From NCBI RefSeq assembly GCF_020402585.1, contig NZ_JADBZH010000125.1: a stretch of DNA of 64,000 nucleotides; one strand, given 5' to 3'. A program made the translations under genes and the position numbers. This stretch comes from Phenylobacterium sp. Its GTDB lineage: Bacteria; Pseudomonadota; Alphaproteobacteria; Caulobacterales; Caulobacteraceae. This document shows, piece after piece, positions 1 to 7,276 of the stretch. The notes beneath the pieces were generated by a model. The model did no database searches, was not told the DNA's origin, and saw only the letters and a list, made by a program, of their open reading frames with translations. Position 1 is the stretch's first letter. Each line of letters starts with the position of its first letter.

Positions 1-72
1 TGAGATTTCGTAAGCTCAGGGCGGAGGCGACGTCAGATGGGTCGGCGTGATCGGGCGCGTAAGGACCGACGT

Positions 73-236
73 GTTACGGTGACCCTCTACGAAACCCCAG
101 TACTGAGCGACTGAGCGCCTTCACCCTGGGGAGCTCCACCGACGGCCAGACTGGTGCGCGTCGATGTCCCAAGCCTGCTGCACAACAAGTCCCGATGCCT
201 TGAGTGACGATCTATTTCACACAGTGTCACCGTAAC
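73..236. repeat. Element U copy 1: ~164-bp repeat with terminal inverted repeats (GTTACGGTGAC... / ...GTCACCGTAAC)
   Basis: Aligns end to end with 2017..2180 at roughly 80% identity by eye. The 16-nt ends are inverted repeats (14/16 in this copy). It lies immediately 3' of the minus-strand ORF ending at 250. Confidence 0.8.
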
Positions 237-249
237 TCCCTCTCCGAGG

Positions 250-864
250 TCAAAGGTTGAGCGCGCCGGTCAGACCGAAATCCCGCAATGGCTTAAGTCC
301 CACGACAGCGCGGATCGCTGATAGTGTTTGCTGGCCGTTCCAAGGACCAACTGTGCGGGGGTTGCCGCCGACGTGCGTTGTCAGAACTAAGGTAACAGCC
401 GAGATTCCTTCGACCATCTCGGCGTCATGCAGATCAAACGCATTGACGGAATAACTCGTACCCGCGCGGTACACCTGCTCATCGACGAGCTGGAGTGCAA
501 AGCGCTCCTGAGTCTTCGATAGCTCGCTTAAGTGATCACCATACTCCACCCTGTAGAAGACATGCTCGCCAGACGGATCAGCCACGGAACGATAGGCCCG
601 GTGCCGGATAGCACCGTCGATGACGCGACTTTTCAAGTCGAATACGTGATCGTGAACTTCAAATCCCGGCTGTTCGACCCCACTACATTTCCAGAGATGA
701 AGGCGCAAGGCGTGGGGTGGAGTTTCGATCTTTACGACGTTGAAGCCCAGAGGATGGAGCGTAACGAGTTGATCGCCCAGCGGACTGGCAAGGACTGCAG
801 TTTCAAAATCACCCCCGTCGGCCGCGCGGCAAAGCTCGGAGTAGAGGGCTTCCAAATCAAACAT
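250..864 (-). CDS. Hypothetical protein, possibly a cupin/double-stranded beta-helix metal-binding fold
   Basis: ORF 250..909. The internal ATG at 864 overlaps the stop of the upstream ORF (ATGTTTGA), suggesting translational coupling. The pattern LHLW-x12-HDH ... DLHD resembles 3-His cupins. The region is visibly lower in GC than the rest of the window. An alternative start lies at 909. Confidence 0.6.
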   Translation of the reverse strand: MFDLEALYSELCRAADGGDFETAVLASPLGDQLVTLHPLGFNVVKIETPPHALRLHLWKCSGVEQPGFEVHDHVFDLKSRVIDGAIRHRAYRSVADPSGEHVFYRVEYGDHLSELSKTQERFALQLVDEQVYRAGTSYSVNAFDLHDAEMVEGISAVTLVLTTHVGGNPRTVGPWNGQQTLSAIRAVVGLKPLRDFGLTGALNL

Positions 865-1780
865 ACGGGTTCGCTCTTGAGTTCGCGGCCTTGAGAACTG
901 AGCGGACATCGGTTGAGTTTAAAGCGATAGCGAAGCCAAGCTGTTTCACAAGAGTTGGGATGGTGGTGAGGGATAGAGCGCCGGTCGACCATTCTGCTTT
1001 GCCCAAGTTGATTATTTGGCCACGCTCTGATGCGATGCGAAGATCCTCCTGTACGGAGGTGTAGAATTTCGTTCCTGCGGGCGAGAACCAGCCCGGCCAG
1101 CGCTTGTCCTCACGAGTCAACACAACACCGGTGTCGCTCAAGTCGTAACGAAAAAGGGAAAACTCAGGGAGGACGAACACGTGTACCTTTAGTAGGCGGT
1201 TGCCAGCTGCCGTTTGTCCCGCAACGAGAATGGTTGCGAGGATCTCGTTTCGGATTCGATCTGAATCCCAAGGGTCTTGTCCGGCATCCGGCAACGAGTT
1301 GCGATGGCTAGCATAGAGGTTGAGCACATCTTGGTTTGCCGGGTCAGGAAGTATGAGGTGGACGTGGCGAGCGACCTGGTCACGTTGCGCAGCCTCGGCC
1401 AAGCGAGGGAGAGCTTTGGCTCTGAACCATCGCGCTGACCGACCTCGGAACCAGTAGGCCTCGGTGTCTTTCAGGGCGTCGTCCAGCTTCGGGCCAATGT
1501 TCCAAGCATCGATAACCTGAAGATCTTCCTTGAAGCTCTCGGGTGGCGAGAGCAGGCGATACCAAACGAGCGCAATGAAGGCGAGAAGAACGCCTGCGCT
1601 CAAATTGTCGAGTAAGCCAGACCAATAGTGATCCAGCGTAAACAAGCAGGCGCGAGCCAGTGTTAGGAGGACTAACAGGACAACGAGTCCCACCCCATAA
1701 GCGAAGAGAAGCTTGGATCTCGCGCCATGCGGCTTTGCCGTCCGAAGTGCGATCGTCCCTATTATCTTGAGCGTATTCAT
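857..1780 (-). CDS. Hypothetical membrane protein with two N-terminal TM helices and a ~230-aa soluble C-terminal domain of unknown family
   Basis: 307-aa ORF. Hydrophobic stretches LLFAYGVGLVVLLVLLTLARACLF and LSAGVLLAFIALVWYRLL. I recognise no catalytic motif. It overlaps the downstream ORF by 8 nt. Confidence 0.65.
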   Translation of the reverse strand: MNTLKIIGTIALRTAKPHGARSKLLFAYGVGLVVLLVLLTLARACLFTLDHYWSGLLDNLSAGVLLAFIALVWYRLLSPPESFKEDLQVIDAWNIGPKLDDALKDTEAYWFRGRSARWFRAKALPRLAEAAQRDQVARHVHLILPDPANQDVLNLYASHRNSLPDAGQDPWDSDRIRNEILATILVAGQTAAGNRLLKVHVFVLPEFSLFRYDLSDTGVVLTREDKRWPGWFSPAGTKFYTSVQEDLRIASERGQIINLGKAEWSTGALSLTTIPTLVKQLGFAIALNSTDVRSVLKAANSRANPYV

Positions 1781-2016
1781 AGTGACGTGTTGTTCCCCAA
1801 CTCAGATCAGTAAGAATTTATACGGCCCGAGCCGCTGATCGCTACCCTCAAAAATGTACGCCGTCAGAACATTCGGGACAGGCGGGCTGCCTCCCTTGCG
1901 GAGAATTGGCCCCATCTGGGATGTTTATCTAGTCGGCGACTTTGCGGTATTGCAAGTGCAGGTGCTCGATATTCTGGCGTTTAATGCGCTTCTGTTCGGC
2001 CAGGATCTGTGCGGGT

Positions 2017-2180
2017 GTTACGGTGACACTGTACAAAACCCCGGTCCGATGTGACTGAGTTCCTTCACCCTGGCGAGTGCCGCCGATGGCCAGACTTGCG
2101 CGCGTCATTCTCCCAGGCCTGCCGCACAACAAGTCCAGATGCCGTGAGTGACGATCCATTTCAAACAGTGTCACCGTAAC
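2017..2180. repeat. Element U copy 2: 164-bp repeat with perfect 16-nt terminal inverted repeats (GTTACGGTGACACTGT / ACAGTGTCACCGTAAC)
   Basis: The terminal inverted repeats were read directly from the sequence. It is homologous to 73..236 over its full length. It contains four GTGAC/GTCAC motifs. Confidence 0.85.
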
Positions 2181-2230
2181 TCGCCATTCCGGCCTGGACC
2201 ATCAACCTGATGGCGGCCCAGGTCTGAAGC

Positions 2231-2401
2231 TCAGGACTTTCCGGTGAGGTCGGGGCGCGAGGCCAGAAACGCGGCTTTTTCAGCGGCGGTCAGCGTCTTT
2301 CCCGGCTTCATGCGCGACACCTTGGGCGTCGGCTTCGCAAATGTCCCGGGCTTTGGACTGCCCCCCGGGAGATCGGAGAGCCGCTTGACGGGAGGCTTCA
2401 T
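2231..2401 (-). CDS. Small Lys/Pro-rich hypothetical protein (56 aa)
   Basis: ORF 2231..2485. The internal ATG at 2401 is preceded by GAGGAC at about -7. It sits between U copy 2 and the partial U copy 3. No family was recognised. Confidence 0.35.
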   Translation of the reverse strand: MKPPVKRLSDLPGGSPKPGTFAKPTPKVSRMKPGKTLTAAEKAAFLASRPDLTGKS

Positions 2402-2503
2402 GACAGCGTCCTCGAATGGGAATCGGGTGGTCAGAGACTCGCAGATTCCGGCCCTCAGAGCATCTGCTGCGTGGCAGGGTTTCAAACCGTCCCGGCCATG
2501 GGG

Positions 2504-2561
2504 GTTGCGGTGACACTGTCCGAAACCCCCTCCTGTGCGACTGAATTCCTGCCCCCTAGCG
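2504..2561. repeat. Element U copy 3 (partial, left 58 bp only)
   Basis: gttgcggtgacactgtccgaaaccccc... aligns with the first ~59 bp of 2017..2180. The homology stops at the Nudix stop codon (cta at 2556-2558). Confidence 0.7.
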
Positions 2562-3185
2562 CCAGGCGAAAACGGGTTGCTCCAGGTCCGTCACCCGCGT
2601 GACGCGGCCTGCCACCAGCTCCCGCAGCTGGTAGACGACCGCCGCCGTGGGCGCGTGAATCTGGTGCTCATCCGAGATCCGGAGCCGGATGAGGGGCCGG
2701 TCGCTCTCGGGAATGGTCTCGAAGTCCACGGCGTCCGGGGCGGCGATGTAGTCGAGCCGGATCAGGTGGGTCGAGGCCACCTCCGCCGGGTTCGGCCGCA
2801 GGGCCGCCGGGTCCCGGAGCCAGGCGACCACCGGGGTGATCACATAGCCGGACCGGGTGGGGTAGTCGTCCAGGAGGCCGAGGATCTCGCTCTTCGGGAG
2901 GTCCAGCCCGACCTCTTCCGAGAGCTCCCTCAGGGCCGCCTCCTCGAGGGTCTCGCCGGGGTCCAGCCGTCCGCCGGGCAGGGCCCACTGGCCTGAATGG
3001 GCCCGCAGGCTGGCCGCGCGACGGGTCAGGACGAAGGCGGTCTGCCCCGAACCATCGTCCGCCACCGTCAGGGTCAGGGCCACGGCGGCCCGCTTCAGGT
3101 CACCGCCGTCGTGGGCGATGCGCGGGAAGGCCGCGCAGGCGCCGGCGAGGCGTTCACGGAAGGCGGGGGTGAAAGCGTGGGACAT
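2556..3185 (-). CDS. Nudix hydrolase (CoA pyrophosphatase-like)
   Basis: Nudix box GGRLDPGETLEEAALRELSEEVGL in the 209-aa ORF. Confidence 0.85.
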   Translation of the reverse strand: MSHAFTPAFRERLAGACAAFPRIAHDGGDLKRAAVALTLTVADDGSGQTAFVLTRRAASLRAHSGQWALPGGRLDPGETLEEAALRELSEEVGLDLPKSEILGLLDDYPTRSGYVITPVVAWLRDPAALRPNPAEVASTHLIRLDYIAAPDAVDFETIPESDRPLIRLRISDEHQIHAPTAAVVYQLRELVAGRVTRVTDLEQPVFAWR

Positions 3186-3240
3186 GCGGGCCTTGTCCTA
3201 GGCCCATTGAGGCCGGCCTGTCACCCCCGGCGCGGGCGCC

Positions 3241-4575
3241 TCAGGCGAAGGCCGACAGGAGAAGCCCTCCGCCGGCGCAGACGGCCAGCACCCTCAGGAC
3301 GCTCCAACGGGCGCCGAAGACCAGGACCAGCGCCAGGATCGCCAGCACCAGGGCGCGGACGTCGAGGCTCTCCGCGGCGGGGATCGGAAGGCTGAGGGGG
3401 CCCGCCTGCAGGGCTCCGACCCGGGCGAACAGGACGTGCAGGGCGAACCACAGGGACAGGCTCGCGATCGCGCCGACCACGGCCGCGGTCAGGGCGGACA
3501 GGGCCCCCCGCAGGAAGACTGACGCCTGCAGCCGCTCGATCCAGGGCGCGAAGGTGAAGATCCAGAGGAAGCAGGGGGCGAAGGTCACCCAGGTGGTCAG
3601 ACCCGCGCCCAGGAGACCCGCCACCAGGGGGGTGAAGGGCTCGGGCGCCCGGAAGGCGGCGAGGAAGCCGACGAACTGGGTCACCAGGATCAGCGGGCCC
3701 GGCGTGGTCTCGGCCAGGCCAAGGCCGTCGGCCATCTCCGGCGTGGAGAGCCAGCCAAACCCCTGGACCGCCTCCTGGGCCATGTAGGCGAGCACGGCGT
3801 AGGCGCCGCCGAAGGTCACGACCGCCAGCTGCGAAAAGAAGACGCCGATCTTCCAGAGCACATGGTCGGGACCGACCGCCAGGAAGACCGCCGCCAGGGG
3901 CGCGCCCCAGATCAGCCCCCAGACAAGGACGCTCCGGATCGACGCCGCCCAGGGCGAGGCGGCCCGGGCGCCGACATCGGTGGGTGGCGACACTCCCAGC
4001 CAGCCGGGGCGCACCCGCGCCACGAGCGCGCCCAGCACCGCCGCCATGCCGACCACCCAAGGAAAGGGCAGGTCCAGGGTGAAGAGGGCCAGGAAGGCCG
4101 CCGCCGCCAGCCCTTGCCTCAAGGGGGTGTCCAGGGCGCGTCCGCCGATCCGGATCAGGGCCTGCAGGACGATGGCGAGAACCGCCGCCTTCACCCCCAG
4201 GAAGAGGGCGGCGAACCAGGTCGCCTGGGCCGCCATCACATAGGCCAGGGTCAGGGCCAGGATCACCAGGGCCCCGGGCAGGATGAACAGAAGCCCCGCC
4301 GCCAGCCCGCCCCGCCCGCCGTGCAGCTTCCAGCCGATCCAGGTGGCCAGCTGCTGGGCCTCCGGCCCGGGAAGCAGGTGGCAGAAGTTGAGGGCGTTCA
4401 GGAACTGGTCTTCGGTCAGCCAGCGCCGCTCCTCCACGATCTCGCGGTGCATGAGGGCGATCTGACCGGCAGGGCCTCCGAAGCTGAGGCACCCAATGCG
4501 GGCGAAGGTTCTGACAAGCTCCCGGAAGTCGGGGGGGTGCAGGGTGTCCGACATCACTTCCTCACGCCCTGTCAT
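3241..4575 (-). CDS. chrA: Chromate ion transporter (CHR family)
   Basis: 444-aa polytopic protein with the CHR signature FGGPAGQIALMHREIVEERRWL near the N-terminus and a duplicated domain architecture. Confidence 0.85.
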   Translation of the reverse strand: MTGREEVMSDTLHPPDFRELVRTFARIGCLSFGGPAGQIALMHREIVEERRWLTEDQFLNALNFCHLLPGPEAQQLATWIGWKLHGGRGGLAAGLLFILPGALVILALTLAYVMAAQATWFAALFLGVKAAVLAIVLQALIRIGGRALDTPLRQGLAAAAFLALFTLDLPFPWVVGMAAVLGALVARVRPGWLGVSPPTDVGARAASPWAASIRSVLVWGLIWGAPLAAVFLAVGPDHVLWKIGVFFSQLAVVTFGGAYAVLAYMAQEAVQGFGWLSTPEMADGLGLAETTPGPLILVTQFVGFLAAFRAPEPFTPLVAGLLGAGLTTWVTFAPCFLWIFTFAPWIERLQASVFLRGALSALTAAVVGAIASLSLWFALHVLFARVGALQAGPLSLPIPAAESLDVRALVLAILALVLVFGARWSVLRVLAVCAGGGLLLSAFA

Positions 4576-4581
4576 CCGTCG

Positions 4582-5229
4582 TCAGCCCGGCTCGGTCGGC
4601 GGCAGCCGCCAGTCGAGCTGCAAGGCGAGGATGCGAAGGCCCGTGGTGACAAGGGCGCAGGCGGCGATCGCGACGCCCGTGGGGGCGTGGAGCAGCGTGG
4701 CGGCGGCGTAGGTCGCCCCCCCGGCCGCCGCGCAGATGGCGTAGGGGCGATGGTCGCGGAAAAGGGTCGGGATCTCATTGCAGATCAGGTCGCGCAGGAC
4801 GCCCCCGAAACTGCCGGTGATGACCCCCATCAGGATAGCCACCAGGGGCGGCTGGCCGGCCATCCAGGACAGGTGGACCCCTGTGGCGCTGAACAGGCCC
4901 AGCCCGATGGCGTCCGGAATCCGCAGCCACCGCTCACCGGACTCCAGGCCCCTGCGCCCGACGAGGATGGCGCTGCCGGCGCTGAGGATGAGGACCGCCA
5001 GGAGGACCCCCTGGTGCTCGACGAAGAAGAAGGGGCGGCGGTCGATCAGGATGTCCCTCAGCACCCCGCCGCCAAAGGCCGCCAGGAAGCCGCAGACGCA
5101 GATCCCGACCAGGTCCATCCTCTGGCGCAAGGCGCCCAGCACCCCCGAGAGGGCGCTGGCCAGCACGGCCATCATCTCCAGGGCGAAGAGGGACTGCTGG
5201 CCGAGGGTGTGCAGGGTCGTCATGGCCAC
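4582..5229 (-). CDS. Trimeric intracellular cation channel family / UPF0126 (YadS-like) membrane protein
   Basis: Two UPF0126 repeats carrying GGGVLRDILI and FGGVLRDLI motifs. Confidence 0.8.
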   Translation of the reverse strand: MAMTTLHTLGQQSLFALEMMAVLASALSGVLGALRQRMDLVGICVCGFLAAFGGGVLRDILIDRRPFFFVEHQGVLLAVLILSAGSAILVGRRGLESGERWLRIPDAIGLGLFSATGVHLSWMAGQPPLVAILMGVITGSFGGVLRDLICNEIPTLFRDHRPYAICAAAGGATYAAATLLHAPTGVAIAACALVTTGLRILALQLDWRLPPTEPG

Positions 5230-5276
5230 AGGCCTAAAGTCTCCGGCGGCGGATGGCGAGCCCTACCTCCGGCAGG

Positions 5277-5882
5277 TTAACCTTCGGAGTCCATCAGCGC
5301 ATCCACCTGCGCCTTCAGCACCCTCTCGGCGGACTGCCGGAGGGCCACGGCGCCTTCGCTTTGCAGACCCTTGCTGAGGGCGATCTGGAGCCCGAAGCCA
5401 TCGATGAGACCCATCAGGGCGTCCACCCTCAATGGGAGGTCGGCTTGGGTCCCCGCCAGGTCGCGTACGAGGGTCTGAAGGAGGGCGCGCCACTCCGCAT
5501 AGCGCGCAAGGTTCTCCTCGACGAGTGCGGGATTGCCCGCCGCAGCGCCCCAGAACGCCAGCCAGACCCGCCATTCCGCCAGCCGTTCGGGATCGAGCGG
5601 GAGCGCCTCCATCAGCACCGCCCAGAGGCGGTCCCGCGGCGAGGCGCCTCTCCCCGCCGCCCGCAACATGCGGGCCCCGGTCGTCTGGTGGGCGCGTCGC
5701 AGCATCGCCACCAGAAGGGCGTCCCGGCCCTCGAAATAATAGGTGATGGCCCCCGTCGTGCAGTCCGCGGCCCGGGCCAGGCGACGAAGCGTCGCGGCCT
5801 CGATGCCCTCTGACGCCACCAGGGCGAGGCTGGCGTCGAGGAGTTCACGTTTCCGGGCGTCGTGATCGACAAGTCTCGGCAT
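5277..5882 (-). CDS. TetR/AcrR family transcriptional regulator
   Basis: N-terminal HTH (ATLRRLARAADCTTGAITYYFEGRDALL). The ATG at 5882 was chosen because the upstream 48 codons of the ORF look non-coding. It is divergent from a small membrane protein gene. Confidence 0.8.
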   Translation of the reverse strand: MPRLVDHDARKRELLDASLALVASEGIEAATLRRLARAADCTTGAITYYFEGRDALLVAMLRRAHQTTGARMLRAAGRGASPRDRLWAVLMEALPLDPERLAEWRVWLAFWGAAAGNPALVEENLARYAEWRALLQTLVRDLAGTQADLPLRVDALMGLIDGFGLQIALSKGLQSEGAVALRQSAERVLKAQVDALMDSEG

Positions 5883-5991
5883 GGCTTGACGCGTAACATA
5901 CGTGATGCCAAAAGGGAAACATAACGATCGATATGCCAAGGAGAGAGAAGCGGTGACGGAAGTGCTGCTCAAGCGCGCGGGCGATGTTCCG

Positions 5992-6411
5992 ATGAGCCGG
6001 GCCCTCGCCCTGGGCATCGTGATCACCGATGGGGTCTTCTCCCTCTACTGGGCGCTCTCGGCCGCCTACCTCTCGGGGCTCGTGGACGTGCCCGACGCCT
6101 ACCTCTTCTCCGGGTATCATGATCGACACCTGGTCGCCTGGAACTGGTCGTTCTTCCCGCTGGACCTGGCGGCGACAGCATTCGGCGCCTGGGCCATCCT
6201 GGCCTCCCGGCGACAGGGCGAGTGGCGAACCCTCGCCGCCGTTTCGCTGGCGCTGTGGTCGACGGCGGGCGGGATGGCCGTGGCGTACTGGACCCTGATG
6301 GGCGAGTTCGACCCCTCCTGGTTCCTTCCGAACCTGGTTGTCTTCGTCTGGCCGCTCTTCTTCCTGCCAGGACTGGTCCGCCTGCGAACCGCGCAACCTC
6401 CTCCGCCATGA
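5992..6411 (+). CDS. Small integral membrane protein (about 4 TM), divergent from the TetR gene
   Basis: ORF 5902..6411. The start at ATG 5992 (MSRALALGIVITDG...) leaves a 109-bp divergent intergenic region. The last ~9 codons are encoded antisense to the WYL-gene remnant at 6386..6494. Confidence 0.6.
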   Translation: MSRALALGIVITDGVFSLYWALSAAYLSGLVDVPDAYLFSGYHDRHLVAWNWSFFPLDLAATAFGAWAILASRRQGEWRTLAAVSLALWSTAGGMAVAYWTLMGEFDPSWFLPNLVVFVWPLFFLPGLVRLRTAQPPPP

Positions 6412-6494
6412 GCGTCTTCAGCCGGTCGGGACCCAGGATCTCGATCTCGCCGCGCCAGGTGAAGAGGCGCCTGCACAGCTCCAGCAGGCCCCCT
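6386..6494 (-). pseudogene. Remnant copy of the 3' region of the WYL regulator gene
   Basis: 109 bp align with 7316..7424 with 9 mismatches. The minus-strand translation GGLLELCRRLFTWRGEIEILGPDRLKTLMAEEVAR parallels GGLLELCWHLFTWRGEIEILAPDRLKTLMAEEVSR of the intact gene. There is no start codon and the last 13 codons are missing. Confidence 0.8.
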
Positions 6495-6835
6495 CCGACG
6501 CGCTGCGCGCGCCACCTCCCCCTGGGGGGAGGAATTACGGACCCAATTGCTCCCCCAAGGGGGAGCTGTCAGCGAAGCTGACTGAGGGGGTCAACGGCCC
6601 CTCAGCTGACCCCCTCCGGCCCGGGGCCTTGCCCCGGTCCACCTCCCCCTGGGGGGAGGAATGAGGGAGCCAATGGCTCCCCCAAGGGGGAGCTGTCAGC
6701 GAAGCTGACTTAGGGGGTCAACGGCCCCTCAGCAGACTCCCGCCGTCGCGCTGCGCGCGCCACCTCCCCCTGGGGGGAGGAATGAGAGGCGCCCGTTGCT
6801 CCCCCCGCAGGAGTTGTCGACGAAGACCGTTACGG
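6491..6835. repeat. Tandem array (~2.5 units, period ~121-127 bp) of composite hairpin repeats (REP/RIME-like)
   Basis: Repeated palindromes CCTCCCCCTGGGGGGAGG, GCTCCCCCAAGGGGGAGC and GTCAGC..GAGGGGGTCAACGGCCCCTCAGCTGAC. CCACCTCC anchors occur at 6512, 6639 and 6760. Confidence 0.85.
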
Positions 6836-6837
6836 CG

Positions 6838-7218
6838 TCAGCCGCCGCGGCCCGCCTTGAGCTCGGAAGCCACGGGGCAGCTCTTCTGGATCGCCGCCTG
6901 CTCCAGTGCGTCATACTCGCCCTTCAGCCGGGAGAGCTCTTCCTTCCGGTCGTTGCCGCCGGCGAGGAAGAAGAGCGCGGGCCAGAAGAGGACCAGGCCG
7001 ACGCCCATGGCGACGGCGTCGTTGGTGGCCTGCTGCTTCTGGGCGCCGGCCACCTCGCGGACGCGGCCGGAAACCCTCACCAGCTCGGCGCGGATCTGGT
7101 CGCAATCGTATCCCGAGTACTGGATCGGGGAGACGTAGGCGGCGGAGATCTTGTCCGGCGACGAGGCGCAGCCCGCCAGGATGGATGCGCAGAGCGCTGC
7201 AGTGACGATGGTTCTCAT
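6838..7218 (-). CDS. Lipoprotein (126 aa) with a central hydrophobic segment
   Basis: Signal peptide plus lipobox ILAGC|A. Hydrophobic stretch MGVGLVLFWPALFFLAGG. It lies 58 bp downstream of the WYL regulator on the same strand. Confidence 0.7.
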   Translation of the reverse strand: MRTIVTAALCASILAGCASSPDKISAAYVSPIQYSGYDCDQIRAELVRVSGRVREVAGAQKQQATNDAVAMGVGLVLFWPALFFLAGGNDRKEELSRLKGEYDALEQAAIQKSCPVASELKAGRGG

Positions 7219-7276
7219 GGGGCCCTCCCGGCGCCCACCTGGGCGCTTCCGGAGGACACCCTAGGGGGTCCATCCG

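Noticed and set aside
1929-2174. 81-aa ORF running through U copy 2
   Set aside because: The homologous frame in U copy 1 has an in-frame stop (TAG where copy 2 has TAC). Differences between the copies are predominantly non-synonymous, so the repeat is not conserved as a protein. Only the 29 codons outside the repeat look coding-like, possibly a remnant.
73-2180. Element U as a classical integron attC site
   Set aside because: The ends read GTTACGG.../...CCGTAAC. They do not fit the R'' RYYYAAC / R' GTTRRRY cores in the expected orientation. At 164 bp the unit is longer than typical attC sites. No intI or attI is present in the window. Only the overall cassette-like layout is retained as a hypothesis.
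2017-2180. Element U as a retron msr/msd non-coding RNA. It has terminal inverted repeats, is ~160 nt long, and lies next to a 2TM protein gene.
   Set aside because: No reverse transcriptase ORF (no YxDD-type motif) is adjacent. The neighbouring proteins are 204 and 307 aa and have no RT features.
6222-6664. ORFs translated across the hairpin repeats (6222..6581, 6338..6664, 6117..6515, 19171..19752) as real proteins
   Set aside because: They are open only because of the repeat composition. The same peptide strings recur in both orientations at two loci, and they lack starts with ribosome-binding sites.
6491-6835. CRISPR array
   Set aside because: The whole ~125-bp unit is repeated, including the would-be spacers. 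There are no unique spacers and no cas genes. The repeats are multi-hairpin composites.
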